38,590 nucleotides of DNA from Trichomonas gallinae (lineage: Eukaryota): assembly GCA_008369845.1 (NCBI GenBank), contig MRSU01010809.1, positions 1-38,590 on the forward strand, in the 5' to 3' direction. Of the stretch, positions 10,053 through 21,331 are shown piece by piece (within the stretch, counting starts at the first letter, position 1; every line of letters starts with the position of its first letter). A model generated the notes under the pieces. The model was given only the letters and a program-made list of their open reading frames with translations, had not been told where the DNA came from and ran no database searches. The position numbers were made by a program, and so were the translations under genes.

Positions 10053-11810
10053 ATGATTCCGATTTTTAGCCTTTGCCATATACATAATTGGCACTGTTAT
10101 CACGATAATGTTATGAAAAACATTGACATAATTTACACAGGCGAAGAATCAAAAAGGAAATCATTGTTTAAAAGATATGCAAATTGGAGTCAAATTAGAA
10201 TCAAATTTGATTATGATTACCTCGATGGCACAAAACCAGACCCTAAAATGTGTACTCAAGATGGCCAAACTGTTGAATGGGATAGAAAGTATACATGTTC
10301 AAAAGCTTCAATATTAGATAAAACAAAGATTGATGCGATTAAAGCTACATTTGAAAATTTAAAGGTATTGTTAGAGAATCTTTTGACGGTTATACCTGCA
10401 GATCATTCTTATCAAATAGAAAACTGGTCAACTTGGACTTCTTTCCAACCTAAAACTGTTTCAGATGTTGACTTGTATATAACAGTTGTTGCAAGACCAA
10501 CATATGGAATGACTATAGCACAAGCTGGTGCTAATGTTAAAAGAAGAATCGATAATTTTCCTGAGCAAGGTGTAGTATTTCTTAACCCAGTTTATGCTCC
10601 AACAACGCCTCAAAATATTGACTCAGGTGATCCAGAATATTTTTATGTTCTTTTGCATGAAGTCACTCATGCTTTAGGTTTTTCAGGGTCTGCTTTTTAT
10701 GGTTTCCATTCTTACGATAATATGACTCGATACAAAGAACCATTGTGTAAGCTTACCAGATATGGCAAAAACTTTACATTTTTAGTTACTCCATTTTGTC
10801 ACAGATGGGCTCTTAAGCATTATGGTGTTGAGAAATTCTACGGTGATAATGGAACAGAGTGTTTATCAGGAATTGAACTTGAAGATAATGGCGGCTCGGG
10901 AACAGTAGGAAGTCATCTAGAAGGAAGAGTTTTCTTCAGTGATTATATGCTTGGAACTTCAATAGATCTCATCGCGCGATTGACGGATGCATCATTGGCT
11001 GTGTTGCAAGATACTGGTAACTTCAAATGTAATTATACTTTAGCACAGCCTCTTGTATGGGGACATCCGGAATCTATTGATGGAAACTACATCAAAGACT
11101 TCGCAACAGGTCCACCACAGAAAGTTTTTCCAAGTGGATATATAGACAATACTAATGTTGGATTTGATTATTCATTTATAGGATTTAGTAGTTTTTCAAC
11201 AAATATTAATTGTTCAATACAACAAGAATATCATGACGACATCAAATACTGTGCAGGGAGAGAGCTTTTTTATAATCCAAACAACCTTTCAATTGGACCT
11301 TCTTATTATGATTTTCAGACAATTAAAACACCTTCATCGATGTGCCCAGAAGGAAAAGCTGTTCTTCCATCAAAAACATGGATGACGAAATGCAGCACAT
11401 ATGAATGCATCGGATATGATAGATTGATATGGAATTACACAAATAGTAGCGGCAAGAATGAAATTTTTGAATGCAACAAGACAAACATCGGAATGAATTT
11501 TTCATATTATACATGCCCAGAGCCTGAGAGATTCTGTAGATCTGTTAAATTGCATGAAGCACATTTCAAAGAAGATCCATTCGACTTACAAACCGTTGTT
11601 TTGACTGATGCAAAGAGGCCTCCGATTCCTGACTCTGGTATAAAAGGAGATGAAGAGAAGCCGAGCAAAAGCAAGAAGAAGAATATTATAATTGGAGTTG
11701 TCATTGCATGCATCGTTGCAATCATAATCGTTGTTGTTAGTGTTTTCATTTACATTAAAATCAAGAATAGCAAGAACTCTGGCGATGAACCAGAAACTTT
11801 TGCCGTATAA
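10053..11810 (+). CDS. GP63/leishmanolysin-like zinc metallopeptidase (M8), predicted active, type I membrane
   Basis: Pro-region HCYHD (cysteine-switch-like), HEVTH (10656-10670), GIELEDNGGSGTVGSHLEGR (third His), Met-turn DYM, C-terminal TM. ATG is at 10053; the ORF track starts at a TTG. Confidence 0.93.
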   Translation: MIPIFSLCHIHNWHCYHDNVMKNIDIIYTGEESKRKSLFKRYANWSQIRIKFDYDYLDGTKPDPKMCTQDGQTVEWDRKYTCSKASILDKTKIDAIKATFENLKVLLENLLTVIPADHSYQIENWSTWTSFQPKTVSDVDLYITVVARPTYGMTIAQAGANVKRRIDNFPEQGVVFLNPVYAPTTPQNIDSGDPEYFYVLLHEVTHALGFSGSAFYGFHSYDNMTRYKEPLCKLTRYGKNFTFLVTPFCHRWALKHYGVEKFYGDNGTECLSGIELEDNGGSGTVGSHLEGRVFFSDYMLGTSIDLIARLTDASLAVLQDTGNFKCNYTLAQPLVWGHPESIDGNYIKDFATGPPQKVFPSGYIDNTNVGFDYSFIGFSSFSTNINCSIQQEYHDDIKYCAGRELFYNPNNLSIGPSYYDFQTIKTPSSMCPEGKAVLPSKTWMTKCSTYECIGYDRLIWNYTNSSGKNEIFECNKTNIGMNFSYYTCPEPERFCRSVKLHEAHFKEDPFDLQTVVLTDAKRPPIPDSGIKGDEEKPSKSKKKNIIIGVVIACIVAIIIVVVSVFIYIKIKNSKNSGDEPETFAV

Positions 11811-11839
11811 TTGATCATAAACATTTTCGTGTAAAATTT

Positions 11840-12765
11840 TTAGCCAACATTTTCTCCTGAAAAGTCTCCACTATTGGAGTCTCCTTTCCTTCCACGCAGT
11901 TTAAGGTAGATAACAGCACCAATAACTGCCGTAATAATAACAACAAGAACAGCAACAACAATGCCAATGATCAAACCTTTCTTGCTCTTTTTAATTGCAT
12001 CCGGAAGAAACAAATAATCAGGATCAAATGGATAATTGTTGAAATGTATTCCATTCAATTTCATTGTTTACAGAATTTTTCGGGGTTCAGACAATAGATA
12101 TAATACTCATATCGTCCAGTTTGTATTAAATATTGTTCCCCTGCATTTGATTCATTGCATTCAATATCTACGTAAGTTGACATTCCTTCTTGATCATAGT
12201 GTCTCCATGTCAATGATGAGTATCCATTACACTCATACTCACCGCACTGCATGGTACTCGAACCATCACTAAAACGTTGTATTAATGATTTACCTTGTGG
12301 ACATCTTTTCCTCGGAATACCAGAGTTCACGTTGTTATAAACATCATAGTATGTAATATATATTCAAACTTGTCATCAAATGGACTGTAGAACTGTTTAG
12401 CAATACATATACTTGATAGAGGAGTCTGAGCGCAATTTATTCTTTGTTTCGTAGTATTTAGATTTGTATATTTGAAATCAAAACTTGCTTGGTTACTATC
12501 AAAATAACCAGCAGGGAATACTTCAAGAGGTGGTCATGTTGCAAAGTCTTTGATATAGTTTCCATCAATCGACTCCGGATTTCCCAATAACAAGTGGCTG
12601 CTCCATAGAATAATTGCATTTGAAGTTTCCTGTATCTTGTAGAACAGCAACTGTTGCATCGGTTAATCTGTCAGCATAATAAACATCTGAATTCATTAGA
12701 ATGACTTAAAGAAAACGTTGCAGGGAAGATCTCATATTCTCTAATGTGACTTTGAGTTTAATAAA
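11840..12765 (-). pseudogene. GP63-like pseudogene, closest to the inactive-type gene 7907..9667
   Basis: Tail PFDPDYLFLPDAIKKSKKGLIIGIVVAVLVVIITAVIGAVIYLKLRGRKGDSNS closely matches 7907. CGEYECNGY..LTWRHYD and LTDATVAVLQDTGNFKC present. KVTLENMRSSLQRFL*VI at ~12700-12760 abuts the post-catalytic region, so the middle is deleted. Frameshifts present. Confidence 0.85.
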
Positions 12766-13113
12766 TCGACAACTTATTTCTCATCTATATTTGATAAAAT
12801 TTTGGTTATTTGTTTCAAAATTTCAAAAATGATGAAAATCTCATCAAACCAACAAAATTTTTCATCATATAGATAGTCTATGTATTTGACAACGTTTAAA
12901 ACAAATTATTATTTTTAAGAGTAAAAATTGAAAAGTATTGTCACGTTTGTCGTTGGAATTTATTTTGAATAGTTTATTTTTTGTCTCAATAATTTGAATG
13001 AACTGTTTAAGATGCTACTCATATAATAGGAAGCTCTATCAATTTTTAAATTTATCAAAAATATACATAAATTGTTGATAAATTTTATTGTTGAGGAAAT
13101 TGATGAAGATTTT

Positions 13114-14030
13114 TCATTCTATATCAAGTTCATATTCATGTTTGCTAAATAAATTTAAATCATTACTAGGAGAATATTCTTTGTTTATAAAGAATTTGGT
13201 ATAAACAACAATTCCAATAATAATTCCAACAACTACAAGAGCAATTATAACTCCAACAACAATTCCTACTATTTTTCCTTTATATTTTTTTTTTTTTTTT
13301 ATGTTTCATTAGGCATAGAAGTTTAATATCTGAGTTGATAAAATTCTGTTGGAGCAGGAGGTTTGTTTGCATCATGTAGCAGGTATGTATTAGGATCGAA
13401 TGGATCTTTGGTAAAATACAAGTCATTTAATTACTATTCGATAAAATCGTTCAGGATCTAGACATTTTAGTAATTATTGTGAATGTCTCGCCTATGTTGC
13501 TTTTGTTTCATTCAATCAAATAATAAGTCGATCCATTTGGAGTATCATAATATCTCCAATTGAAGCTATAATATCCATTGTATTTATATTCACCATATCT
13601 TACTTCATCAACATATGATGCTGTCATTGAAATAAAAGACAAACCTTTTGGACAAGAATTTTGTGGAATTTTGTAGACCCCGAAATCAAGCTTCATCCAT
13701 TGAAATAGTATAACTTTTTGAATTATAAAAATCAATTGAGATACAATATAATGAATTAGGATACTTTTTACAATCCAGGGGCATTAATTTCCTTCTCGTA
13801 TATCCTGCATATTTATAGTTAAATCCTGTTGATTCATGAGCACCAATCTGAAAATAACTATCTGGAATTTGCCATGGACCTGTTGCGAAATCGTAGAAAT
13901 AATCACCATCAATCGACTCTGGATGTACCATTTTGTATTTTATTTTATAGTTTCCTGCATCTTGTAAAACAGTCATTGTTGCCTCGGTGATTCTTTCGAA
14001 ATCGTAATCCATGCTCAGCATTTCATGTTA
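13114..14030 (-). pseudogene. 5'-truncated GP63-like pseudogene
   Basis: FERITEATMTVLQDAGNY, HPESIDG..DFATGP, CPKGLS, LDPERF, DPFDPNTYLL and TM IVGIVVGVIIALVVVGIIIGI lie in several frames; stop at 13114-13116. Confidence 0.8.
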
Positions 14031-14126
14031 ATATTTTATTTATTACGGATTAAATTGCTATTATAAATTTATTATAATAATATTTTCATCAAAAACAAAA
14101 TTTTAAATACAAACAAAAAAATATAA

Positions 14127-15272
14127 TTATTTTGGTTTGAGACAGTTGATCTGTGATGCCATGAGTGGAATTCCGAGCATTGAGTGAGATGTCATTGATA
14201 AAGGCCCAACAGAAACACATTTCTTTCTTGCTGGACGGCTTCGTGCGAGATATGGGAGTCCATGCTTGCGAATAGTTATCTGTGTTGGGTTATTTGCCGA
14301 ATCAGCTTTGGAAATTCCTACAGGCGGGACTATTCCATGCTCGACTGGCAATCTAAACCTGCACGAAATGGAACGATCAAGTTCCACAAGTGCTAAAGGC
14401 TTCTCTGATGATGGTGGTGGAACATCGATTGGTTTTACAGATTTTACTTCTATAAGAGATGTCATCTTGAGCCATGGATGATTCATAATCTCATCCATCG
14501 TAATACGTTCGAAAGGATTGATTTTGAGCATTGAAGATATTAAATTCTTGCATAACTTCGAAATGTGACTTGGAAACTGTATATTATCTGAGTAAATTTG
14601 ATCTAAAAGGTTGGAATGCACTGTAGTATTCCATGGCGGGTTGCCTACTACCATAGTATAAAGAAGCACGCCCATAGACCATATATCGCTGAGTTTGCCG
14701 TCATATTCCTGTCTCGTGACGCACTCTGGAGAGCAATATGTCGGGGATCCGCAAAATCCGTTCATTAATTCTGATCCTTGGATAACACCGCAAAGCCCAA
14801 AATCTGTTATTTTTATGTGCGGGAAGTCTGTAACAAGAATATTTTGTGGTTTTATATCTCGGTGAGCGACACCATGCGAGTGTGAGTATCCAATACCTAT
14901 TGCTATCTGTTTAAACACGGCAGCTGCCGTAGCCTCGCCGAGTTTATCGTTCTCTATGATAAAATCGTATAATTCGCCACCCTTACATAGATCTAATACT
15001 AAATAGAAATTTAATGCATCCCAAAAAAAGTCATAAAGCTTGACAATGTATTCGCAATTGAACACTGACATGCTATCTATTTCATGCTGGAACCTCTCTT
15101 GATCTTTTTTCGTTTTTAAATTTGATTTAGGAAATATTTTTATCGCATAGGTCGCTTTTGTCTGCAAGTTAGTCGCTTTATACACCGACGAGAATGCCCC
15201 CTTGCCAAGGAAATCCTCAAATAAATACCCATTCAGGTACTTAGGAGGGAGGATGCGTTGAAAACGAGACAT
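14127..15272 (-). CDS. CAMK-family (SNF1/CIPK-like) Ser/Thr protein kinase
   Basis: LGKGAFSSV, YAIK, GGEL, HRDIKPQN, DFG, FCGSPTYCSPE, DIWSMG; about 110-aa C-terminal tail. Confidence 0.93.
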   Translation of the reverse strand: MSRFQRILPPKYLNGYLFEDFLGKGAFSSVYKATNLQTKATYAIKIFPKSNLKTKKDQERFQHEIDSMSVFNCEYIVKLYDFFWDALNFYLVLDLCKGGELYDFIIENDKLGEATAAAVFKQIAIGIGYSHSHGVAHRDIKPQNILVTDFPHIKITDFGLCGVIQGSELMNGFCGSPTYCSPECVTRQEYDGKLSDIWSMGVLLYTMVVGNPPWNTTVHSNLLDQIYSDNIQFPSHISKLCKNLISSMLKINPFERITMDEIMNHPWLKMTSLIEVKSVKPIDVPPPSSEKPLALVELDRSISCRFRLPVEHGIVPPVGISKADSANNPTQITIRKHGLPYLARSRPARKKCVSVGPLSMTSHSMLGIPLMASQINCLKPK

Positions 15273-15913
15273 TCAACTTTAAAAAATTTATTTTATCTTT
15301 TTCCCCTCAATTATCTCATGCTCAGATTTGTCCAATAATCTATTTTAGAAAATATTATATTTTACATTTACAAAATTTTCTTTATCCGTTTCCTAATCAA
15401 TTATTTAATAACTTTAAATAAATGTTTTTCGTTGTGAGTAATAAAAAACTAGATTTATCCAATAAAATCAAAAAAATTGCATAATTATTTTAAAAACATA
15501 ATGTTAAATAATTATATGATTATTTGTATTTCTGAATTATTCAATTTTGAATTGAAAATTATCGTTTGAATATGCTTAATAATTGTTATTTTATGTTATT
15601 TAACTTTGATTTCGATGTATTAGATGATATAGATTCTATTTCTCAAATAATTTTCAAAACTATAGAAAATATTTTCATATTTTGTTATTTTAAGTTATTT
15701 AGCTTGGATTTAGTTATGTTACGATTTATAGATGTTATTTCTCTAATAATTTCGTAACTAAAAAATGCAATTTCAAATGTTTCTACCGCTTATCGTTGAG
15801 CACAATTCTAATTGCATATTTAATTAGCACCACAAAATGGAATATTATTAAATGAGTCTATGATGTTTCGATCAAAAAATATAAAATTGTCGAATTACAA
15901 ACAAATTTAATTA

Positions 15914-17827
15914 TTAACATGATAAAATATGGTCTTGGTATATCTTCCTTAAGTCTGTCAGCAGAAGCTTTCCTTTTGATTTTGCTGTTTCTTCATCTTC
16001 TATGATAATTACTTTAGAAACTAAATTACATTTGGAATAATGCATCTGCTCAATCTTCTTGTTAATCCTCTGCTTCATCTCATTGCTGGCTTCTTCGCAT
16101 TTAGACAAATCTTTGATTCCTTTGCCTTTCCAAATACTTTGGAATAAATTCGATGGATATACAAAAGCAACAGGTTTGTCATTGTGGGAGTCTGCATAAA
16201 CGAAAGCACTCTTCACACCTTCCACTGACTCCAGGATCGATGACATCGACTGCAATGAAATATATCTGCCGGAACTGACTTTAACAAAATTCGAAATTCT
16301 GTCGATGATTTGTATTTCGCCGCTTTCAGTTATTAAGCCAATATCGCTAGTTTTTAGCCATCCACCTTCAATGAACACTTCATTAGTGGCCTTTTCGTCA
16401 TTAAAGTATCCTTTGAAAACGTTTGGTCCTCTCACTAAAATTTCACCAGTTGATGGATGACCTTTAGGATTGTATTTCATCCCTTCAACCCTTCTAAGTT
16501 TGACTTCGCAGCACGGGCAGATGACTCCAGATCCTAAGTTACTTGTGCTTCTTGGGCTTTGAGCTGATATGCAGCCGCTAGCTTCTGTCATTCCGTATCC
16601 TTGAATTATATTTGGAGTAACAGTGGCTCTTAGGTATTCGCATATCTCTGGCTTTAATGGAGCTCCACCACTAACAATCATTCTAACCCTTGATCCCAAA
16701 AACTCTGAGATTTTTGTTAAAAATAGATTATCTAACAGCATCGAAGGGTTTTCGTTTGAGTTTAATGCATGGATCTTGTAATTTATCAAATATTTGAGGA
16801 AATATTTCTCTGAGTAACCGCATTTCTCGATGTTATCCTGAATTGTCTGATAAACTTTGTTCCATAATCTAGGATAGCCGCATATGATTGTTGGGCGAAG
16901 TTCTTTAATATCACTCAGCAAATTTTTCATTGATCCAGTGTAGTATCCTATTGCAGCACCTCTTGCCATCATATTTAATTCAACATTTAGAGAATAAATG
17001 TGTGACAATGGCATATAAGAGATGTAAACATCTTTTTCATCAAGTGATTCTCCAAGATCTGAGAATCCAGAAGCTCCAGCAATAAGATTTGAGTTAGTTA
17101 ATATGCATCCTTTTGGTTTATCAGTTGTTCCTGTTGTAAATATGATAACAGCATCATCATTAGGATCTTGTGATGGATATAAGCATTGCCAAATGCTTCC
17201 AGCGTTGAATATTTCATTGGAAACATAATATTCAACGTTTTCTACAGCTATGCCATTATGAATGTCACAGTTTAACATGATCACCTTCTTAATTCTTGGC
17301 ATTTTCGGTAGATAGCTGATCAAAAAGTCGAGTTTATCTTTTCCAACAATAATAACTTCGCATGAAGCTTCATTAAAGATCGAAAGCATCTTATCTAATG
17401 ATAGAGAATCGGATACAAGTATAGATGTCGCCTTCAACATATTAATTGCCAATAAGATTATTTGCCATAATATGCAGTTGTCGGAAAATAATCCTACGTA
17501 TGAACCCTCTTTGACACCAATTGAGTTTAAGCCAGCTGAAAATTGTATAACTTTAGAGTATACTTCATTATAACTTAAAAATCTGTAATTTGCGAATGAT
17601 CCTGTGTAATCAATAGTTCGCTCGCCTAAGCAAGGTTTATCACCGAATTTCTCAGCGCATTTTTTAATCAACTGTGCTGGAGAGCGTACATTTGGATAAT
17701 CGGGGAAATAATAACTCAATTCTTGGCGAAAGCCAGATATGCTCCTATAGATATCACTTTCGTGTGCTATAGGTTTGTCCTCACCATTAACAATTCTTTC
17801 AACAGGACGAGAGCATTCTCCGCCCAT
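15914..17827 (-). CDS. AMP-binding enzyme, long-chain acyl-CoA synthetase-like
   Basis: IIFTTGTTDKPKG P-loop, YMPLSHIY, SGGAPL, QGYGMTE, GEILVRGPNVFKGYF, GWLKTSDIG, IIDR. Confidence 0.9.
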   Translation of the reverse strand: MGGECSRPVERIVNGEDKPIAHESDIYRSISGFRQELSYYFPDYPNVRSPAQLIKKCAEKFGDKPCLGERTIDYTGSFANYRFLSYNEVYSKVIQFSAGLNSIGVKEGSYVGLFSDNCILWQIILLAINMLKATSILVSDSLSLDKMLSIFNEASCEVIIVGKDKLDFLISYLPKMPRIKKVIMLNCDIHNGIAVENVEYYVSNEIFNAGSIWQCLYPSQDPNDDAVIIFTTGTTDKPKGCILTNSNLIAGASGFSDLGESLDEKDVYISYMPLSHIYSLNVELNMMARGAAIGYYTGSMKNLLSDIKELRPTIICGYPRLWNKVYQTIQDNIEKCGYSEKYFLKYLINYKIHALNSNENPSMLLDNLFLTKISEFLGSRVRMIVSGGAPLKPEICEYLRATVTPNIIQGYGMTEASGCISAQSPRSTSNLGSGVICPCCEVKLRRVEGMKYNPKGHPSTGEILVRGPNVFKGYFNDEKATNEVFIEGGWLKTSDIGLITESGEIQIIDRISNFVKVSSGRYISLQSMSSILESVEGVKSAFVYADSHNDKPVAFVYPSNLFQSIWKGKGIKDLSKCEEASNEMKQRINKKIEQMHYSKCNLVSKVIIIEDEETAKSKGKLLLTDLRKIYQDHILSC

Positions 17828-18848
17828 TTAACTTTTTTGTTAGATTTTGAATATAAACTTATATATCATTATATACCATCATATAATAGATTTATCAAAA
17901 TTACGCAGAATTGCGTATTGATGATGTTGATACGTAAATTCGCATAATCGATAACTGCTTTCTTCTTGAAAATCTGATGATTTGGTAGTATATAATTAGT
18001 ATAGTATAATTTGTTTCGATCGTAATTTTGATTTGTGAGGAAAAGTGACATAATTTGAATGTAATTTCAATTGATTTCAATAGTATTCAATATTAAATTC
18101 ATGAAAAATTGCAACATTATTTTTGGTTTTCATGGCTTGCTTTTAACTGGAGAGATGGATTCAATGATCTCTATGACTGTTACTGCATAGAGGAAAGAGG
18201 GATTCTAAAAGGAATTATTTGTTTTTCCAAAATATAAAGTTTGCTTGTCACAGTAGTGTCTGCTAGTCCTATGTTACTTCAATTATTAGAGACGAAAAAA
18301 GTTGATCATTTTTATCAAATTTAAATTTTAATAAAATTTGTTAATTTACTCATAAGGATATGATCCAATTCGAGTAAATGCATTAATAAGCAGAGAATTA
18401 CAACTGAATAACTATAAATATGAATTTTCAAATTTGATATCTTGATTTTTATAAAGACTATATATATAGGATAGTCTTCGTAGACATAATCAAATAGGTT
18501 GAATCATATTATTAAAACAACAGTTTCTTTTGTTTCTATATTGATAAATATGAGAATATTGAACTATTTAACTCATAATGACAATATAATGAAATAAAGC
18601 TGTTCATAACAGATAGATTATCAATAACAAAATATCAACAACGCAGTATGAAAGCAATGAATACTTAGGCTAAAATATGAACTCATTTATTAAAGCCCCA
18701 AGCTTGCAACTAACGATACAACTATGATTTACGTGGTAAAATATATTTATTTGTAGCTTGCTCATATGAATGTTATGAATTCAAATACAAACTATCTTCA
18801 CATGAGAATAAGCATTGACAAATTTATGTACGTGGAAAAAATTAATAT

Positions 18849-18882
18849 TTTGACACTTTACAAACAGATGAAAAGTGTCAAA
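18849..18882. promoter_or_regulatory. 11-bp perfect inverted repeat abutting the start codon of the 18882 gene
   Basis: tttgacacttt (18849-18859) and aaagtgtcaaa (18872-18882), 12-nt spacer. Confidence 0.45.
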
Positions 18883-20012
18883 TGTTGAATTATTTTTCTT
18901 GCCCATTCCAACAATGGAATCAGACAAGCATCCCCAGCAAGCACAGCACCACCAAGCCATTAAATATCGAGCCAACTGCCGAAGTAAGTCAGCAAATTCT
19001 CGAAGCAATGGAAAAACAATCTAAAAAATATTTTGGATACCATTTAAATGCAGCAAAATATCGCTCAAGGATGCCGGAAGATCATTCATGTAACTTCCAG
19101 AATGTTGTTAATACAAAATATCAAGATATTCGAACAGCTGTTAATCAATCTATTTATTTTACACGAGCACAGCCTGTTGCTCAACAAGCATTGCGCTATG
19201 CTGCTATTTCTCTTCAAGCAAAGAGATATGATAATGTGATTAATACAATAGAACGCCTTATGTCTTTGCAAAATCCATCATGCTTAGGCCCTATTTATTC
19301 TTTTATAGCATCAATATTACAAGGATCATTTGATACTGAATCCAAAACATTTTACCAGCTTGAGCACGTTCAAGTTCCTCAAAAAGATTTACCCCACTTC
19401 TTCCATCTCCTTGATGAGCTCATAACTTTACAGAAGTCAGATTCTTCATGTCTAATTAAACTTCTTTTTAATGATATTCAAGCACTAAGGATTGCTTTTA
19501 ATCGAGAGCCTCATATTATGCCACTTTTAAGTAGTAAGAGCAATTATATAAACAGAGATCCTATAAGAAGCAGTTTAGATATGCGTGGACAATTAAACTC
19601 TCAAAAATTTGCAAATGTTGACGCTTTACTTAACAAAGCTGCTGCTGAAAAATTCTCACTTCCATATTTGCGTCCTGCGCTTGAAATACCACGTTCTGCT
19701 ACAGTTAGTCAACTTCCTAAAGATACTACTATGGTTGGCCAATTAATTACTATAGGAAAATATGCGAAGGCTGTGGCAATGGCAACGTCATATATTCAGG
19801 CTGGAATTAAATTCCCTGATATGTATATGTACAGAGCTCTTGCTTTATTTTATTTAAATAATGTTCCCGGAGCAATTCTTGATATGACAAGATCAATCGA
19901 ATTAGAGCCAACAGAAGAAAAGTACAAAGCTAGAGCCGCCTTCTGGCTTGCAATCGGTGATAAAGATTTATCAAATCAAGATAAGAACGCAATAATAGTT
20001 CCAACAACTTAG
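18882..20012 (+). CDS. Hypothetical protein with C-terminal TPR-like repeats
   Basis: 376-aa ORF. GKYAKAVAMAT, YMYRALALFYLNNVPGAILDMTRSIELEP and YKARAAFWLAIGDKDLSNQD fit the TPR consensus. Confidence 0.75.
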   Translation: MLNYFSCPFQQWNQTSIPSKHSTTKPLNIEPTAEVSQQILEAMEKQSKKYFGYHLNAAKYRSRMPEDHSCNFQNVVNTKYQDIRTAVNQSIYFTRAQPVAQQALRYAAISLQAKRYDNVINTIERLMSLQNPSCLGPIYSFIASILQGSFDTESKTFYQLEHVQVPQKDLPHFFHLLDELITLQKSDSSCLIKLLFNDIQALRIAFNREPHIMPLLSSKSNYINRDPIRSSLDMRGQLNSQKFANVDALLNKAAAEKFSLPYLRPALEIPRSATVSQLPKDTTMVGQLITIGKYAKAVAMATSYIQAGIKFPDMYMYRALALFYLNNVPGAILDMTRSIELEPTEEKYKARAAFWLAIGDKDLSNQDKNAIIVPTT

Positions 20013-20269
20013 TGAGTTAATATCTATTATTTTTATTGTATATTATTTGTTTTTTATAAAAATATATTTGGAAGTCAAATAATTTCTTTTTAGTAGAATT
20101 TTAAAGTCTTCATATCACTATATTTGCTTATACATAGGTTATCTGTTTTATTAAAATTGATAAATTTTGAATTTTAAAAATATCAATAATATAATATTTA
20201 GTAAAATGAAAAATGATTAACGAAATTTATATGTTTATTACCAAAAAATATTATATATATGAGTCAATT

Positions 20270-21331
20270 TTAAACAAAGTCGATATCGATTGGGTCGAAT
20301 TTTTCTCTCTGAATCCAAGCGAAAGCGAAGGAAATAAGAATAACGACGAAACTTGCGAAAACAAATTTCTGTCTTCCAAGGACGATTGCAGCAACAGCAG
20401 ATCCAACTAATCTCAAGAAGAGTAATCTAACATAGAGAGTGTCAAGGTTTCTGCTGCAGTTGATGAAAATGCCGAATGTTGGAACAGCGAGCGTTGCTAA
20501 TAAATATGATGTAACACGTTGTGTTCTAATTGACAAAATAAGTGGGATAGAAAGGAATATTGGGATAAGCGTGCCAACATTCCATTCTGCAAGAACGAAA
20601 GCATCGTAAACGTTGTACAAATTAAAATCAAACTTCGGATATCTTGGGTAGATCAAATAAATTGATGGTACAAGAAGGATAGCAGCCCAAATAAAGTTAG
20701 CAACAGTCTGGCCGCCAGATTTATTGTATAGCGAAGATTTCGAAATCGAAATGTTTGCGTATAAAAATACGATGAAAATGATTGGTGTGACTTCTGGATA
20801 CAAGTAGATTGAGACTAAGGCTCCAAGTGATGAAAGTAAAAGATTTCTATACCATTTCAAAGAAAATGTGTTAGAAAATTCTTCCTGGAGAAGAAGTCCG
20901 AAGTATATCGTGAATAATATGCTCATAAACAAGTAGCAGGCGGAGATATTGTTCTGTAGAAACTGTAGTAATCCGTCATCAAGCGCAAAGAGGACACCAA
21001 GAAGGAAAGCAACATCCTGCTCGAATCCTGTGAAGCAGGAGAAGAAAAAGAATGATACTAAAGCGATTAAAACATAAATCGGTCCACCTTTGAACATATC
21101 AGCCAAGTGGGACAAATAAGTATCATTCCTCGGGTATCTACGTTCGAAGTTTGCGTTTCTAAAGTTGAAATATTGAGCAATTTGAGTGATAATTAATATG
21201 AAACTTACATAAATACTGATTTTTGGGATAGAAATTTCAACATTGTCCTGGTAGTCGCGAAGCCAGTCAACCTGAAAACGCTCGAAGCGGTCATTCTTCC
21301 GTGGTGGGCGAATTCCAGGACGTGGAGGCAT
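20270..21331 (-). CDS. Multi-pass membrane protein (about 9-10 hydrophobic segments), possibly a divergent GT-C/PMT-like protein
   Basis: 353-aa ORF with alternating hydrophobic stretches. LFALDDGLLQF and W..NLLLSSLG weakly recall PMT-family segments; the family assignment is uncertain. Confidence 0.7.
   Translation of the reverse strand: MPPRPGIRPPRKNDRFERFQVDWLRDYQDNVEISIPKISIYVSFILIITQIAQYFNFRNANFERRYPRNDTYLSHLADMFKGGPIYVLIALVSFFFFSCFTGFEQDVAFLLGVLFALDDGLLQFLQNNISACYLFMSILFTIYFGLLLQEEFSNTFSLKWYRNLLLSSLGALVSIYLYPEVTPIIFIVFLYANISISKSSLYNKSGGQTVANFIWAAILLVPSIYLIYPRYPKFDFNLYNVYDAFVLAEWNVGTLIPIFLSIPLILSIRTQRVTSYLLATLAVPTFGIFINCSRNLDTLYVRLLFLRLVGSAVAAIVLGRQKFVFASFVVILISFAFAWIQREKFDPIDIDFV

Noticed and set aside
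13284..13300. Poly-T run suggesting a retroposed poly(A) tail
   Set aside because: It lies inside the GP63 remnant at the Lys-rich pre-TM segment, so slippage of AAA codons is the simpler explanation.
18100..18300. Slightly GC-richer intergenic patch with a 7-bp hairpin (ctctatg/catagag)
   Set aside because: No convincing snoRNA boxes or tRNA fold; multiple stops in the frames read; likely a decayed fragment.
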